64,000 nucleotides of DNA from Podarcis cretensis (Eukaryota): NCBI GenBank assembly GCA_951804945.1, contig OX638153.1, forward strand, positions 62,248,001 to 62,312,000, written 5' to 3'. Positions 1 to 11,600 of this stretch are shown one piece after another. The first letter of the stretch is position 1. Every line of letters begins with the position of its first letter. Under the pieces are notes generated by a model that had not been told where the DNA came from, ran no database searches, and saw only the letters and a program-made list of their open reading frames with translations. The position numbers and the translations under genes were made by a program.

Positions 1-71
1 CTCAACAGCCACGTTAACATGGCATGGAAGGCCTTGTGGCAGCCATCCTTCTCCTTCAGATGGAGAGTATC
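1..71 (-). CDS. AIRE: AIRE coding exon 2 (partial, continues past left edge), HSR/CARD domain
   Basis: Minus strand after polypyrimidine tract and AG reads [23 protein letters not shown], matching human AIRE [23 protein letters not shown]; phase 0 with exon 1. Confidence 0.93.
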
Positions 72-895
72 CTTCAGGGAGAAAGAAAAAGCAAGGCTAG
101 TCTACTTTCCAAATACTGGTAGATTTAACTGCTCCCCTAAATTGCTTAAGTACACTGCAGTCAAATCTGTCTTCTGAAGTTACAGCAAGAGTCTCAAATT
201 CTGGCACTGCAGGTAAAGTCCCGGGGACATACTATAGACTGAAGAACAACAACTGTGAAGTGCCAATAATGCTGAAAAAAGGGGAAACCAATGAATTAAA
301 CATGGGCCATCACACAAGCACTCCAGAACTGCTCATCTCATGAACTGCTCACTTTGAAGGTCTACGAAACAATAGTGCTTCCCTAGGCTTAATATTGTAG
401 CCAATGCTAGTGCTACTTAGAGTAGACCCATTGACATTAATAAAACTAAATTAGTAATGTTCATTAATTTTTATTTGGTCTGCTCTGATTGTTCACAGCC
501 CTTAGGATTTTGTGCCATTTGCAAGGATTTTCATACAACACCCATGATCTTTGGTGTATAAAATAATATACGATGTACACTGAGATTCATGACTACAAAT
601 CGGTGCTATGATACAAGCAGCATCAAATGAAAATAAAAACCTCTCTCTTTCTACCTGACCTCCCTAACTGGGTCCAGAGAAAATGAAATACAAAATAAAA
701 CTACCAGATTAAAATTTTAGAGAAAAATAAAAGAAATGAAGGTCATAGTCCAGCAGTACACAAACAAAAAAAGGGCAGGTATATATAACTTATCCTCTAT
801 ACAAATTATATGCATGCCACAAAAGAGATTGTTTTAATAGTTAGTAGGGAAACTTGAAGTATATATCATCTCATCATTGTTCTTATTCCTCTCAC

Positions 896-1066
896 CTTGA
901 ACATCTTTTCCGTGACAATGTCATGATCTGCCAGTCCGTGGAGCAATGGGAAGACATCGTCGACTGCCATGGAGATCTCTGTGCGATAAAGTTTAAGTAA
1001 TTTCCGCAGGTCTCCTTCTCCTAAAGGTTTGTTATCAGAACCGAACATCCTGAGACGGGGTAACAT
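896..1066 (-). CDS. AIRE: AIRE coding exon 1, HSR/CARD domain start
   Basis: [38 protein letters not shown] matches AIRE [32 protein letters not shown]; donor AAG|GTGAG; start could be ATG at 1066 or 1048. Confidence 0.93.
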
Positions 1067-2944
1067 TTACAGGATTGTTAGAAGCATGCATCTTCCATGC
1101 CCATTTCTGGTCACGGTGCAGCTGTAAACCCTTATTAAAAGATACCTTAATTCTAATGTACACTTGCATGGGTCATGGCAGATGCTGTGAAGGAACATGC
1201 ATCTTGGGTAGAAGTGATCGTACAGGGTAGAGTAAGCAGTCAGATCCTGGCTTATTTTAGAAACCTCACTCTCAAGACCACCTGCCTGTGGAAATTCAGA
1301 TTTGCAAGTATAGCTTGTAAAAAGAAACTCATATTTATATCACTCCTTTTCTATTACTCATTGTCTTTCACTTCTTCAATGACTGCTGAACATCCAGATT
1401 AGATTTGTTTTGCTTGCTCTGTCTTTGCTAAACAAAGGAGGAAGGTGGTCTTATTGGCCTCACCTGTCAAAAGGAGATGTTATTTGGTATCTGTATTTCA
1501 CATGAACCTGTTTTCTATAATTCCCTGTGCTTTTTATATGCTCAGTCTGTGGAGCATGAAGTGGGGGTGTAATGAAAAACAACCACCACCAAAGAACCCT
1601 GTTGGTGAACCAATAGAATCACAGTGATGACCCTCTGATAGATCTGGGAAGCTGAAGCTATCTCCAATTAAGTCTATTTGGCTTGCTTCGTTTTCTGAAA
1701 ATGCTTGAGAGATTTTCACTCCACCCTACACCATCTGCACACACTTACAGGACTGGAAAATGGAAGGATTATGGGAGGTACTTTTCAAAACAATTAAGAC
1801 ATGGATTGGGCTCTATAGGCTCGGTGTTGGGGCTATGTTAGTGTTGTTGTTTTTTTAAAAAAAATACAATGTATTCAGAGGTGACAACAATCCATTACAT
1901 AACCACCCTGAGAAATAAACCTTAGATTCATGTTGTCAGAAGATATCGTTACATTTGTCAATTTCCAAATTCCAAATTAAAGAACCCCTTGGGTGGGCCT
2001 AGAGCAAGGGAGAATCTGGGGTGATCAGGGATGCAGCCCTAATATAATCTAGCAGGTCAATGTCATGGGTGCAACCAGCGTGAAATCCACTGGATCATGA
2101 TTGGCATTATTGTGGGTGGATCTTGATTTGCAGAAATTTGGGGAAACCCAGATTATATGGTCCATTGAGAGCCTGATATCAGTTTTCTGGTGGAACATGG
2201 CTCTAGTAGGCAAACAAGTACATTGTTGACTGGCTGGCAGCCCGTAATATTTTCCATCTTTAAGTCAAATCAAGGGATCCTTTATTGCAGATTGATAGGG
2301 AAGAAATCCTTAGGTCCACAAATAAGAGTTGCTTCTCCAAATCGTTTCTGCAAGTAGCTAAGTATTGCTGGTTATGATGCTCCTAGTAAGATCTGTGGGT
2401 TGCCCCACCCTTCCAAACTTCAATGGACTTCCCAGAATTATTTTAGAAACCAAACACTTCTCTTAATTGTTCTCCAGTGTAATTCAGGATGGTTGGCAGC
2501 AGTTAATTACAAGCAGTGGGTGGGTTTGTTTACTTTTTACATGCTAAATCTGGGAGAACAAGTTCAGAGATGAAAACTCATGCAAACTCCCAAGCATACC
2601 ACTGGCTTCAAAGCACCTTGAAACATTGCTGTCAGTGGCAGGATTTATAAACTTTGATACCTAGCTATTATCTCTTAACTGCATGGAACTCTTCCTACTG
2701 GATGAAGCTAAAAAAAGGACAAGGCTTATTTATAGTTAGCTAAAATAGGGGTACACAACTCCAATTACTCTGTGGTCACTTTGGGGGGGGGCAAATTTAA
2801 ACCCTCCCCCTTTAAGAACGTCATACTCGTTTAACCACCTTTTCTTCTCCATGGCCCATGGAACTGGCAGAGCAAAAAGCTGAGACACCAAGTGGAGATG
2901 GAGCCAGAACCAACTAATTCTATGTCTGCCCCTATTCTCTTTAC

Positions 2945-3194
2945 CATGGGTAGGCAAACTAAGGCCCAGGGGCTGGATCGGGCCCAATCGCCTTCTAAAT
3001 CTGGCCCACGCATGGTCCAGGACTTAGCGTGTTTTTACATGAGTAGAATGTGTGCTTTTATTTAAAATGCATTTCTGGGTTATTTGTGGGGCATAGGAAC
3101 TTGTTCATCCCCCCCCCCCAAATATAGTCTGGCCCACCCCAAGGTCTGAGGGACAGTGCATCATCCCCCTGCTGAAAAAGTTTGCTGACCCCTG
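2945..3194. mobile_element. Non-autonomous hAT (Charlie-like) MITE
   Basis: Ends CATGGGTAGGCAAAC...GTTTGCTGACCCCTG; 8-bp TSD ctctttac/ttctttac; same family as 30463-30793 in opposite orientation. Confidence 0.8.
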
Positions 3195-3204
3195 TTCTTT
3201 ACTA

Positions 3205-3413
3205 TAGTGGTACCTTGGGTTACATACACTTCAGGTTACAGACTCTGCTAACCCAGAAATATTACCTCGGGTTAAGAACTTTGCTTCAGGATGAGAACAG
3301 AAATCGTGCAGCGGTGGTGCAGCAGCAGGAGGAGGCCCCACTGGCTAAAGTGATGCTTCAGGTTAAGAACAGAGCTCCAAAACGAATTAAGTTCTTAACC
3401 CGAGGTACCACTG
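3205..3413. mobile_element. Tc1/mariner (Tigger-like) MITE
   Basis: TIRs (C/T)AGTGGTACCT...AGGTACCACTG flanked by TA; related copies at 21947, 22010 and 43867. Confidence 0.85.
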
Positions 3414-5824
3414 TATTGAAAATCATACATAGTAGGTGGGAAAGCTTATTTCTATGGAGGGCCACTGACTCACAAGTGTCATTTGGGGTCTGAGCCTATG
3501 TTAGGTGGAGCCATCTCTTCCTGCCACCCATTTTTCTCTTTCTTCTAATTAGCAGAACATGCCCCTGCCCCAAGAGGTCTTCTTGCCTTGCCCCAGATCT
3601 CACACAGCATCTGTGAAGTGCAGCGTGAAGTCAGGGATAACAGGGAGTGCCTCTACTATTCTTCTAAAGTCTGAAGCCAATGGGCAGCGGCAGAGACATG
3701 CCGGATTTCCGCCTCTGTACCTGTTGGATGGCTGAAGCTCCAGAGGAAACATACAATGTAGGGTGCCTTCAGACGGCTGCATTCAGTGCCCTAGTCCCAC
3801 CCCAATCAGCATTTCCGAAGAGGGGATCACATGGGGCCAAGGTGAGTGAGATAGGATAAACCACAGCATGTCTGTTTGGCTCCATAGTCCACCTGTGGAG
3901 AAAGTGGTGCCAATGCCATCACATGCCTCTGAAGACAAGGAACAGAGCAGTGTCCATAGAGTGAGGCATTCAGCCACATCTGCAGTTTTTGCAGTAGAGA
4001 CTGTGCTTTGTGCAAAGAAGCTCCCAGGTTTAATCCCCAGTTATCTCAAGGTAAGGCTAGTTAAAACTTCCATCTGAAATCCTAGAACCAGTGGTTTGAC
4101 TCAGTATTTATGTACACCCTTGATGTTTCTATATGTGAAGAAAGGCTCCAAATGAGTATTTGGAATTCTCCATGGGAGCCACAAGCAGCTGCAGTTTTAG
4201 CTAAGAGATCAAAAGATAGTCATTCATATGCTTGCAGCAGAAGGTTCCTAGCTAAAATTGTAATTATTGTTGAAAAGTTTTGGGCATACAACAATCTTTT
4301 TCTAGGCACTTTCCCCCCCAAAAACCCCACTCCCATGGCGCGCAGATTACACCATCAAGATGATATAGACAGCCAATTGTAAGTCTCTGGGCAGATCATT
4401 GCGAGCTTTTCTCAAGCCATGTAGGATTCAATTTTTTAAAACTTTATTGGGTAACAGGAGCATGCTATACCTGGAAGACGACGCATAGCCACAAGCATAC
4501 TGTGACTTTGGTACAGGATATCTCCTGCTGCAAGAAGCAAGGCACCACATTTTGCAGCAGAGTAGATTTCCAAATGGTTGTTAAAGAACGTTATTGCTGT
4601 CAAGGATCAAGGACATTATCACCTTGTGTTACCTAGGCCTGGTGCTTGGCAACACTTTCAAGGCAGTGGGGCTATTCCCCTGTGCACATCTTAAGCCGAG
4701 TGAGGCAGCAACAGCAACAAGAGGGCTGGGGAGAGGACTTCTTATAGTTCTGGTCCCCCAGCACCTCCACCGAGAGTTCTGAAAGCAGAAGCTGCAGCTA
4801 TCATCTGCCCACTGAGGCCTACAAGACGCAGGTGAAAGTGTTGCATGAATGTGCTTGAGAATAATTTAATTGCTCTCCTTCTAGGAGGAGCTCTTGTTGG
4901 AAAATAGTATATATTGTAAATAAATCAAGTCATTTGAGTATGAAAGTTGGAAGAGAAGCCTCAACAGTGGACGGATTTGATGAAAAACCCTCAGGCAGAG
5001 CAAGAGGCTTACTAGTCTGTTTAGAAATGCAGTCTTGGTAATCAGACACTCCTATACATGCAGAAGCATCTGACATTTTATGTCATCAAAGAACACAAAA
5101 TGTCAAAATTTTCAGAAGCAAAAACAATCAACACTTTCTCTTTTGCTGCTTCTTTTGAACATGACCGGTCTATCAAGAAAATCAACACAATCTTTTGGCC
5201 AGCCTGCCATCAACAAATTCCAGAAACCTTTAGCACTGGGCCTGATTATTGGTACTTTTTAAAATAAAAAAAGTAGGATTAATTCAGCAGTAATGTGACA
5301 ATCATACGCTTACTACTAAATCATATATTTCCCCCCCCCATTACTTTGAGTTTTAAATGAACATAACCAATCAATACAAACACATGGAAAAAGAAAAATT
5401 AGCTGCTTTTTTTGCAATGTATGGAGCGAGGCATTTGTATGTATGCTACAGAACATATATCATTTGAATTACCCCTTCCAGGAAACAAAAAAGATTTTTG
5501 ATCCCTAAAACATTAAACTCAGAGTGACTGAATCTCATTCTGACGATTTCCTTCATTCGAAGGTTCAAAATTTGCCTGTGCAGAAAATATATTGCAATTT
5601 GGGGAGGTATTTAATATTAGGACCAATGAGGGATGATAATTTTAGGCATTTGGTTAGCTTATCTTGACTGGGAATGGAAACACAACTTCAAAATTAACTA
5701 TGACTATTGAAAGCAAACATTTGGAAATATCCATCTAAAAACTTTAAAGGAGACAAATTTTAATGGAAGCACTGTCACTACCATTAGTGATGGCTCACTT
5801 GTTTTCCCGAAAAAAGAGGGTACT

Positions 5825-5830
5825 TTTATT
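5825..5830 (-). terminator. Candidate poly(A) signal of the 292-aa gene
   Basis: AATAAA on the minus strand about 2.25 kb downstream of the stop, after AT-rich UTR-like sequence. Confidence 0.35.
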
Positions 5831-8084
5831 GCTTCAAAGATCCAGTAAAACTGCTTGCATTACTGACATAATGCACATCACCCAATTACATTACAATTAA
5901 TTGCATTAATCGTCTCTCCAGTCAGCCTTTTTGACATGGTTTTAGAGCGGGGCTACTTCCCATATGGGAAATCAAATGTATAAGCAAGGGCAGATGTAGT
6001 AATAAATCACTGTTCCTTAGCTTGACACAACATGCATATAATGCTGCATAAAGTTACATTTTTGGTCCATATGAAAAAAGGCAACAGTTGAAATAAAACC
6101 ATTTCTGGCAAAGGGTAACAAAATGATGGCAATTTGTTATTAGGATTTTGGGCTAGACAGGTGCCCTTTGCCTAAAAGTAACCATTTAATATTCTGAAGT
6201 ACTTGTATTTATGGAAATTATGTGAGCAAAATTTAGAAGAAGATTATGGTAACTTTAACAGGCCAGTTATATCGCCCAACGTTAATTCCAACACACAGCA
6301 TTTTGGTGCACAGTTCACATCTTCAGCCAAGAACCATTAGGTGGTGATAGATCAAGTGACGTACATATATCTGTAAACCATTCCCAATACCCCATGATTT
6401 CTAGGATTTAACTACTATACAGCCAATGGGGCAGTGTACTGAGGAATATACTCTTCCCAACATGATGGGAAACATGGGTATGGGTGTGGGTGTGTTGCCG
6501 GGTATTTGTGACTTTCCAGAGATAAGATTACAGAAATTCCACATGTGGATGTCTGTGTATACACCATGTGATCCAGAGGTCATGTAATGTAACAGTACAT
6601 GAACAGACCATCATGCATACAATATGTTTGGATCTGAGACTGTGAAAACTAGCCATCTGTATGCTGGGGAAAAACCAGTGAGGTATGAAAACAGAAGTTT
6701 TGCCTAGCTTTGAAAGGGCTGCAATCTGTACTACCAATGCTCACTGCAGGCAGAGCTACAAATTTCTCAAGATGGAAGGACTTGCTTCTGTTTCAGTGGA
6801 CATTATAACTGCAGTGCAGCTACGTCCTTCCACTGTAGCAAACACTGCAGTGCATTCATTTGCAATCCTTACTCAATGAAAAGAAGAATTAAACACCTTT
6901 AAAATAATTCGTAAGGCAGTTCCAACCCCATGCTATGTTCAGTGCATTATACATGTTTATGTCTCAAATATTTTCAATTACAAATTCTACTTTTCCACAT
7001 ATATTTCTCACCACTGATATTTAATTGCTAAGAATGCAGAAAATATACAAATAGTTGTTACCACCACATTTATACCAAGAGCCATTTTTAAAATTTCCTG
7101 ACTTTTTTTTCTTCTCACATGAACCAATGCTATTTATCAAAAGCTGCTTTTCAGAACTGTATAGGTATTTTAGGAACTAAGTATCTGCAAGATCAAACAG
7201 AGGAAACCTATTTTCTTTCGCCTGCAAGCACCTAGTCCTGAAAGGCGCAGAACCCCTTCAAGTCTCAATGAAGTAATGGCAAATTGTATATGGTCAGTCT
7301 CTTAAGACCATACAAGTATTATCAAGGTATGGAGGTGGGCATTACAGGAAACTACTGTACTTTTTAGATAATTGAGCCAATTACTGTTTTCCCTTCAGGT
7401 GTGCTTACTTACTTACTTACTGTTTTAACAGGCAGGAAGATAGCAGTCTATTGTGAGTCTCAAAAAGATCCTGCATTGTGACACACAGCCCCACAACCAT
7501 GTTCCCCTTTTAGCTGCCATCTCACGAGTTACCATTTTTTATTTTAATTGTACATGGTCTCCCAGTCTTGGGAGACACTGAGGTTGGAATGGGCAACAGG
7601 TTATATAATATGACTCTCCTGCAGGAGAGTCTGCATTTTCTCCTCACATTTCTATTTCAGGCCACTATACAACATTTCAGCAAAATGTTTTTTTAAGGAG
7701 TGTCCAGCCCAACATGAAGACTGTATGAAATGGAGAATGCACCACCTTCCTAAGAAGTCTGTTCCAGTGGTTAAATTATTATATAACATAACCTACTATT
7801 GTGCATTTGGTTTGCTTTAACAGCCAAACATTGGTTTTTCTGTCTTCCTTTGCTACACTATAGCTTTTTAGTGCACAGTACTTTCACCTTGTGAAGGTAT
7901 CAGTACAGGCCTAAACAAATCTTACTTTCTCAGTAAGCTAAAAGCCCATTTCTACTGGTGCCATTGCTTTGGTGGTGTTGCTGTACATTAATGGGGCTCA
8001 ACAAAATTATCTACATCAACTTCCAATTAGTCAGGGTATTAAGACCTCCCAAAACTTCAACAGAAACAGATTTTGAATGTTGGG

Positions 8085-8963
8085 CTAGCAGTTTTCATAT
8101 TTGTCAAAAGTCTCATAGAACCCTGGTCTGACTTTTCTGATGCTCATACGTATATGTTGACATTCAGGTGCAACTGACTCGCTATAGCTAGTTGAAGATG
8201 CTGTCCCAGTAATCCAGCCAGAAGATAGGCGCTTTCTTTTTGCCTTATGTGAAAAGTTCCCAATTCCTTTGCTGCGTCCAAGGCAGGGGTCATCTTTCTT
8301 CCTACTGCTGACATCTTCAACTGGCTGCTCATCTCTATTGGAAGTCATTCCTTTACGCTTACATGCATCTTTCTCTTCTTCTGCAATCTTCCTGAAGTGC
8401 TCCAGTGATTCTACTTTTCTTCGTCTTTCTATTGTTTCCATTTGTTTCTTGTCCACGAAGTCCTCAAAGTACATTTTTCTTTCACTCCTCTGATCTTCAA
8501 GAAATTTCCATTCAATGTCAGTCATCTTCACACCACTGTATTGCTCCAATTTCTCTCTTGTTCCTGTGTCTGTACAAAATATGTCAAAAAGCTGCTCTGA
8601 ACTCCTGTTGAAATCATCTGCTTTCTGTGTAAACAACTCATTTTTTCTTCGCTTTCTGGACTGATATAATTTTGAAAACTCCTCATACACCTTAAGAATA
8701 TGCTTCTTTATGCTTTGTGTTGCTATGGTATACAAATTGCAAAACAACCAGTGCTCCTGCAGAAGTTCAGCAAGCAACTGGGCAGCATCTTCTTTGGATC
8801 GCTGGGCTTGCCCAGCCCTTTTCGGGTGCAATAGATATAGCATGTTTTGAATGACATCCTTCTTGGTAGGCAGAATTCCTTGTGCAAATTCTGATGACTC
8901 CACATAATCAACTGTTCCCAGAGTTTTTTTTGCTTTTGCTTTAGTATCCAAAGCCGCCATCAT
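8085..8963 (-). CDS. Uncharacterized 292-aa protein, probable domesticated N-terminal part of a hATm/Cc8K15.2-like transposase
   Basis: Uninterrupted 879-nt ORF; splice acceptor TATTTCAG 29 nt upstream of ATG (exon starts 8992); motifs LPTKKDVIQ, W..C.LYT...I..HI.K.YEEF, LFDI, FLEDQR, HIR.S.RKVRP.FYET; CpG island upstream. Confidence 0.75.
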   Translation of the reverse strand: MMAALDTKAKAKKTLGTVDYVESSEFAQGILPTKKDVIQNMLYLLHPKRAGQAQRSKEDAAQLLAELLQEHWLFCNLYTIATQSIKKHILKVYEEFSKLYQSRKRRKNELFTQKADDFNRSSEQLFDIFCTDTGTREKLEQYSGVKMTDIEWKFLEDQRSERKMYFEDFVDKKQMETIERRRKVESLEHFRKIAEEEKDACKRKGMTSNRDEQPVEDVSSRKKDDPCLGRSKGIGNFSHKAKRKRLSSGWITGTASSTSYSESVAPECQHIRMSIRKVRPGFYETFDKYENC

Positions 8964-10099
8964 TCCTTTCCAGTGTCTCTTTATACCAAAAGCTGAAATA
9001 AAAGAGGTATTAGACAGCTGAAATAGAGTAGCAACAAGAATGAAAAGAAAAACTTAATTATGTGAAGCTAAGAATATGTAAGTCAAGGTGGTCAAAGTGT
9101 TCAGGACTGCAGCCAATATAAAAAATCAAGTAATTTCTGGAGAGAGCATTACTAAGTTCCAACCATTTGGATTAAGTAAGCTCCTATCTGAAAAACAAAA
9201 CTGACTTGTCAAGCAGTAAAGTATTTTATTCATGTTAGCTGCAGTCTGAATTTCCCACATGATCTGTCATTGGCACAGCTAAATCATACATATATAATTC
9301 AGTACGTTCTTATATTTTAATATTTAAAAATATAGTGCAATATCACACAAGGTAGACCCAGAGTACTTGTCCATTGATTTCAGTGGGTCTCCTTTGAGCA
9401 CGATTAACATTAGATACCATCTATTAAACCCTATTAGGGAATTCACAAAAAGCCTTCTAGCAATGGCACAGGTGTTTCTCCGATTAACTACAAATCACCT
9501 CAACAAGCAGTCTTAATATTTTGTACATTATAACTCAGAAATCTGTGGTGGCCAAGTTACCTTCAAATCTTTAAAAATATTTATTTACAACATTTCAAGC
9601 CTGCTCTCCCATCACACAGGTAGCCTTTAACAGATTGCACTGCAACAGTTCCAAGAGCTGTGCTTGGAATCCTCAAACTTGCATTTTCAAAGCTGCCTGC
9701 TGCAATAAGTGCTCTGGTATAATTACATTAATCTTCCTGTCAGTGCAACCTGATGCATATATATTCACAAGCAAGTCCCAATGAGTTGACTACAGCATTT
9801 CCTCCCAGATGTGCATAGTGTTGCAATCTGAAATGGAACAGTATTTTCTAAAGGAAACCTGAATCCCAGAATTGAAACAGGCAAATAAATACAAATAGCA
9901 CCTGTCAGCATATGTACAATGATGCTTCCAAGTTTTCGCATTCAGGCAATTTCCTATTGTCAAACTGTAAGCAAATTTTCAACTGAAGGGCTCAAAACTT
10001 GGATTTTTAAGGAGATGCAATCACAGAATTTATGAAAGTCCGCTCTAGGTCCTGGAAACTATGAGCGAGGGTAGTGCACTAAACCAAAGAGGCTTGAGA

Positions 10100-11600
10100 G
10101 CGTAACGTCCGGGGATCACGTTCTGGAGGCCAACAGGGGGGATTAACGCAGCCCACCGAGAAGGAAGGGATCTTTCTAAAACCTGTCAAGCGGACCACCC
10201 CTGCACCGCCTCAAAGCAGGGGGCTGTCAAGAGCACCAGAGAACACCTGCGCACCCCATTGCCCGCCTGCAAAGCAGGGACCAGGCACTCCACGTACGGC
10301 AGTTGCCAGCCCTTATTCCTGCCTGGAAAATAACGCCGATGAGGCGAAAGCCGCCACAGGCGCCATGAGGCGGATGGGGGTGGGGCCCGGCCGCCCTCCC
10401 TCTCAGCCCGGGCAAGTTCCTCCCCACTCCCAGGCCGAAGCCGCCTGAGGCCCAGGCGCCGTTTCCCCTGCCCGGCCGGCCAACCGTTGAATAGCCCGGC
10501 CTGGCCGGCTCTAATCCCGCCTATCCCGTTATCCCCAAGACCTGCCTTCGATCAGCAGAACCAGCCAGAAGAGGTAAAGCGTCAATTAAAAGCCCGCGGC
10601 CCATCCTTCGCCATCTTGGTAAGTCAGAGCGAGCGAGCGAGCCCTACGCAGCGGGAAAAGGGAAAGCGGTGCCGCCGCCGCCATCTTGAGAAAGGGCAGC
10701 GCGAGCAACCCTTGCCCTGTGGTGGTCTCTCATGCCGACGTCTCTATGATCTCAACTGTCATTCACCGAGTTGCTTTGAAAAAATAAACTGGGCGTTGGT
10801 AGCTAATATATGGTCCCGTTTTTGCAGCTGAGGCGAAAACCGGGCCTGTGAGGCCTCCTTGTGGGAAAAAAAAGACGAACAAGTAACGACGACGACGGCA
10901 AAAAAAAAAGACCCAGTCGCCAACTACCGTCAGGTGAGCAGAACCAGTAAGCGAAGCCAAGGCAAATGGACGAAGGGGTCTTGCTTCTTAAGGGGAAGGT
11001 CGGAGGCAGGTTATCGTCAGTGCGAGGCAACCGATTGGTTAACTAACGCAGCCGTTCCCTGCTGAGCGCCATTACGCACTGGCGGAGGAGGAAGCTGATT
11101 GGTTCTTGAGGAGGCAACCCGTCTGGTCGCGATTAAACTAATAGCCTTTCTTGGGCGGAAGCTGAAGCCGCACCAGTACCAGACTCGACCATAGACCAAT
11201 GCCCTCTTTCGGGAGACTGTCGTCATATTACTAATGATAGTGAGAGCGGGAAGAGAGAGTCAGCGGATGCCCCGGCTCCTGCGTCTCTACTACGCGTCAA
11301 CCCGCCTTGCCACTGTCAGTCCGAATTGTGTGGCGCGGATCTGATTCGTCGGTGGCTGGAGTGTTAAGCAGCCTCAGCAGCCAATAGCTACCTGGTGAGT
11401 TGGAGGACGCGGATTGGTTCGTAGCTGAAATTATGCCGTAGTAGCCAATAGGTGCGCCGCGAAGTTTGTATAAAAATGGTCGCGTTGAGGCGGAAGGTTG
11501 TGCAGTCCAGCATTCTGTTTTTAGCTGTTCTTGGATAGGCGTCTTTCTCACCCGGGGGGCGGGAGTAGTCGTATCTTTGCTTTGTCTCTATTAAGATATA
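10100..11600. promoter_or_regulatory. CpG island / bidirectional promoter for SCLY and the 292-aa gene
   Basis: Abrupt CpG-rich zone; two YY1 sites (CGCCATCTT at about 10609 and 10679), six CCAAT boxes (11034, 11098, 11196, 11381, 11413, 11445), ETS-type GCGGAAG, TATAAAA at 11469; candidate donors at 10766 (minus) and 11395 (plus). Confidence 0.85.

Noticed and set aside
866-1066. SP100/SP140-family identity for the HSR exon
   Set aside because: RTEI..AVD..FPLLH.LADHD and TLHLKEK.GC..AFHA match AIRE specifically
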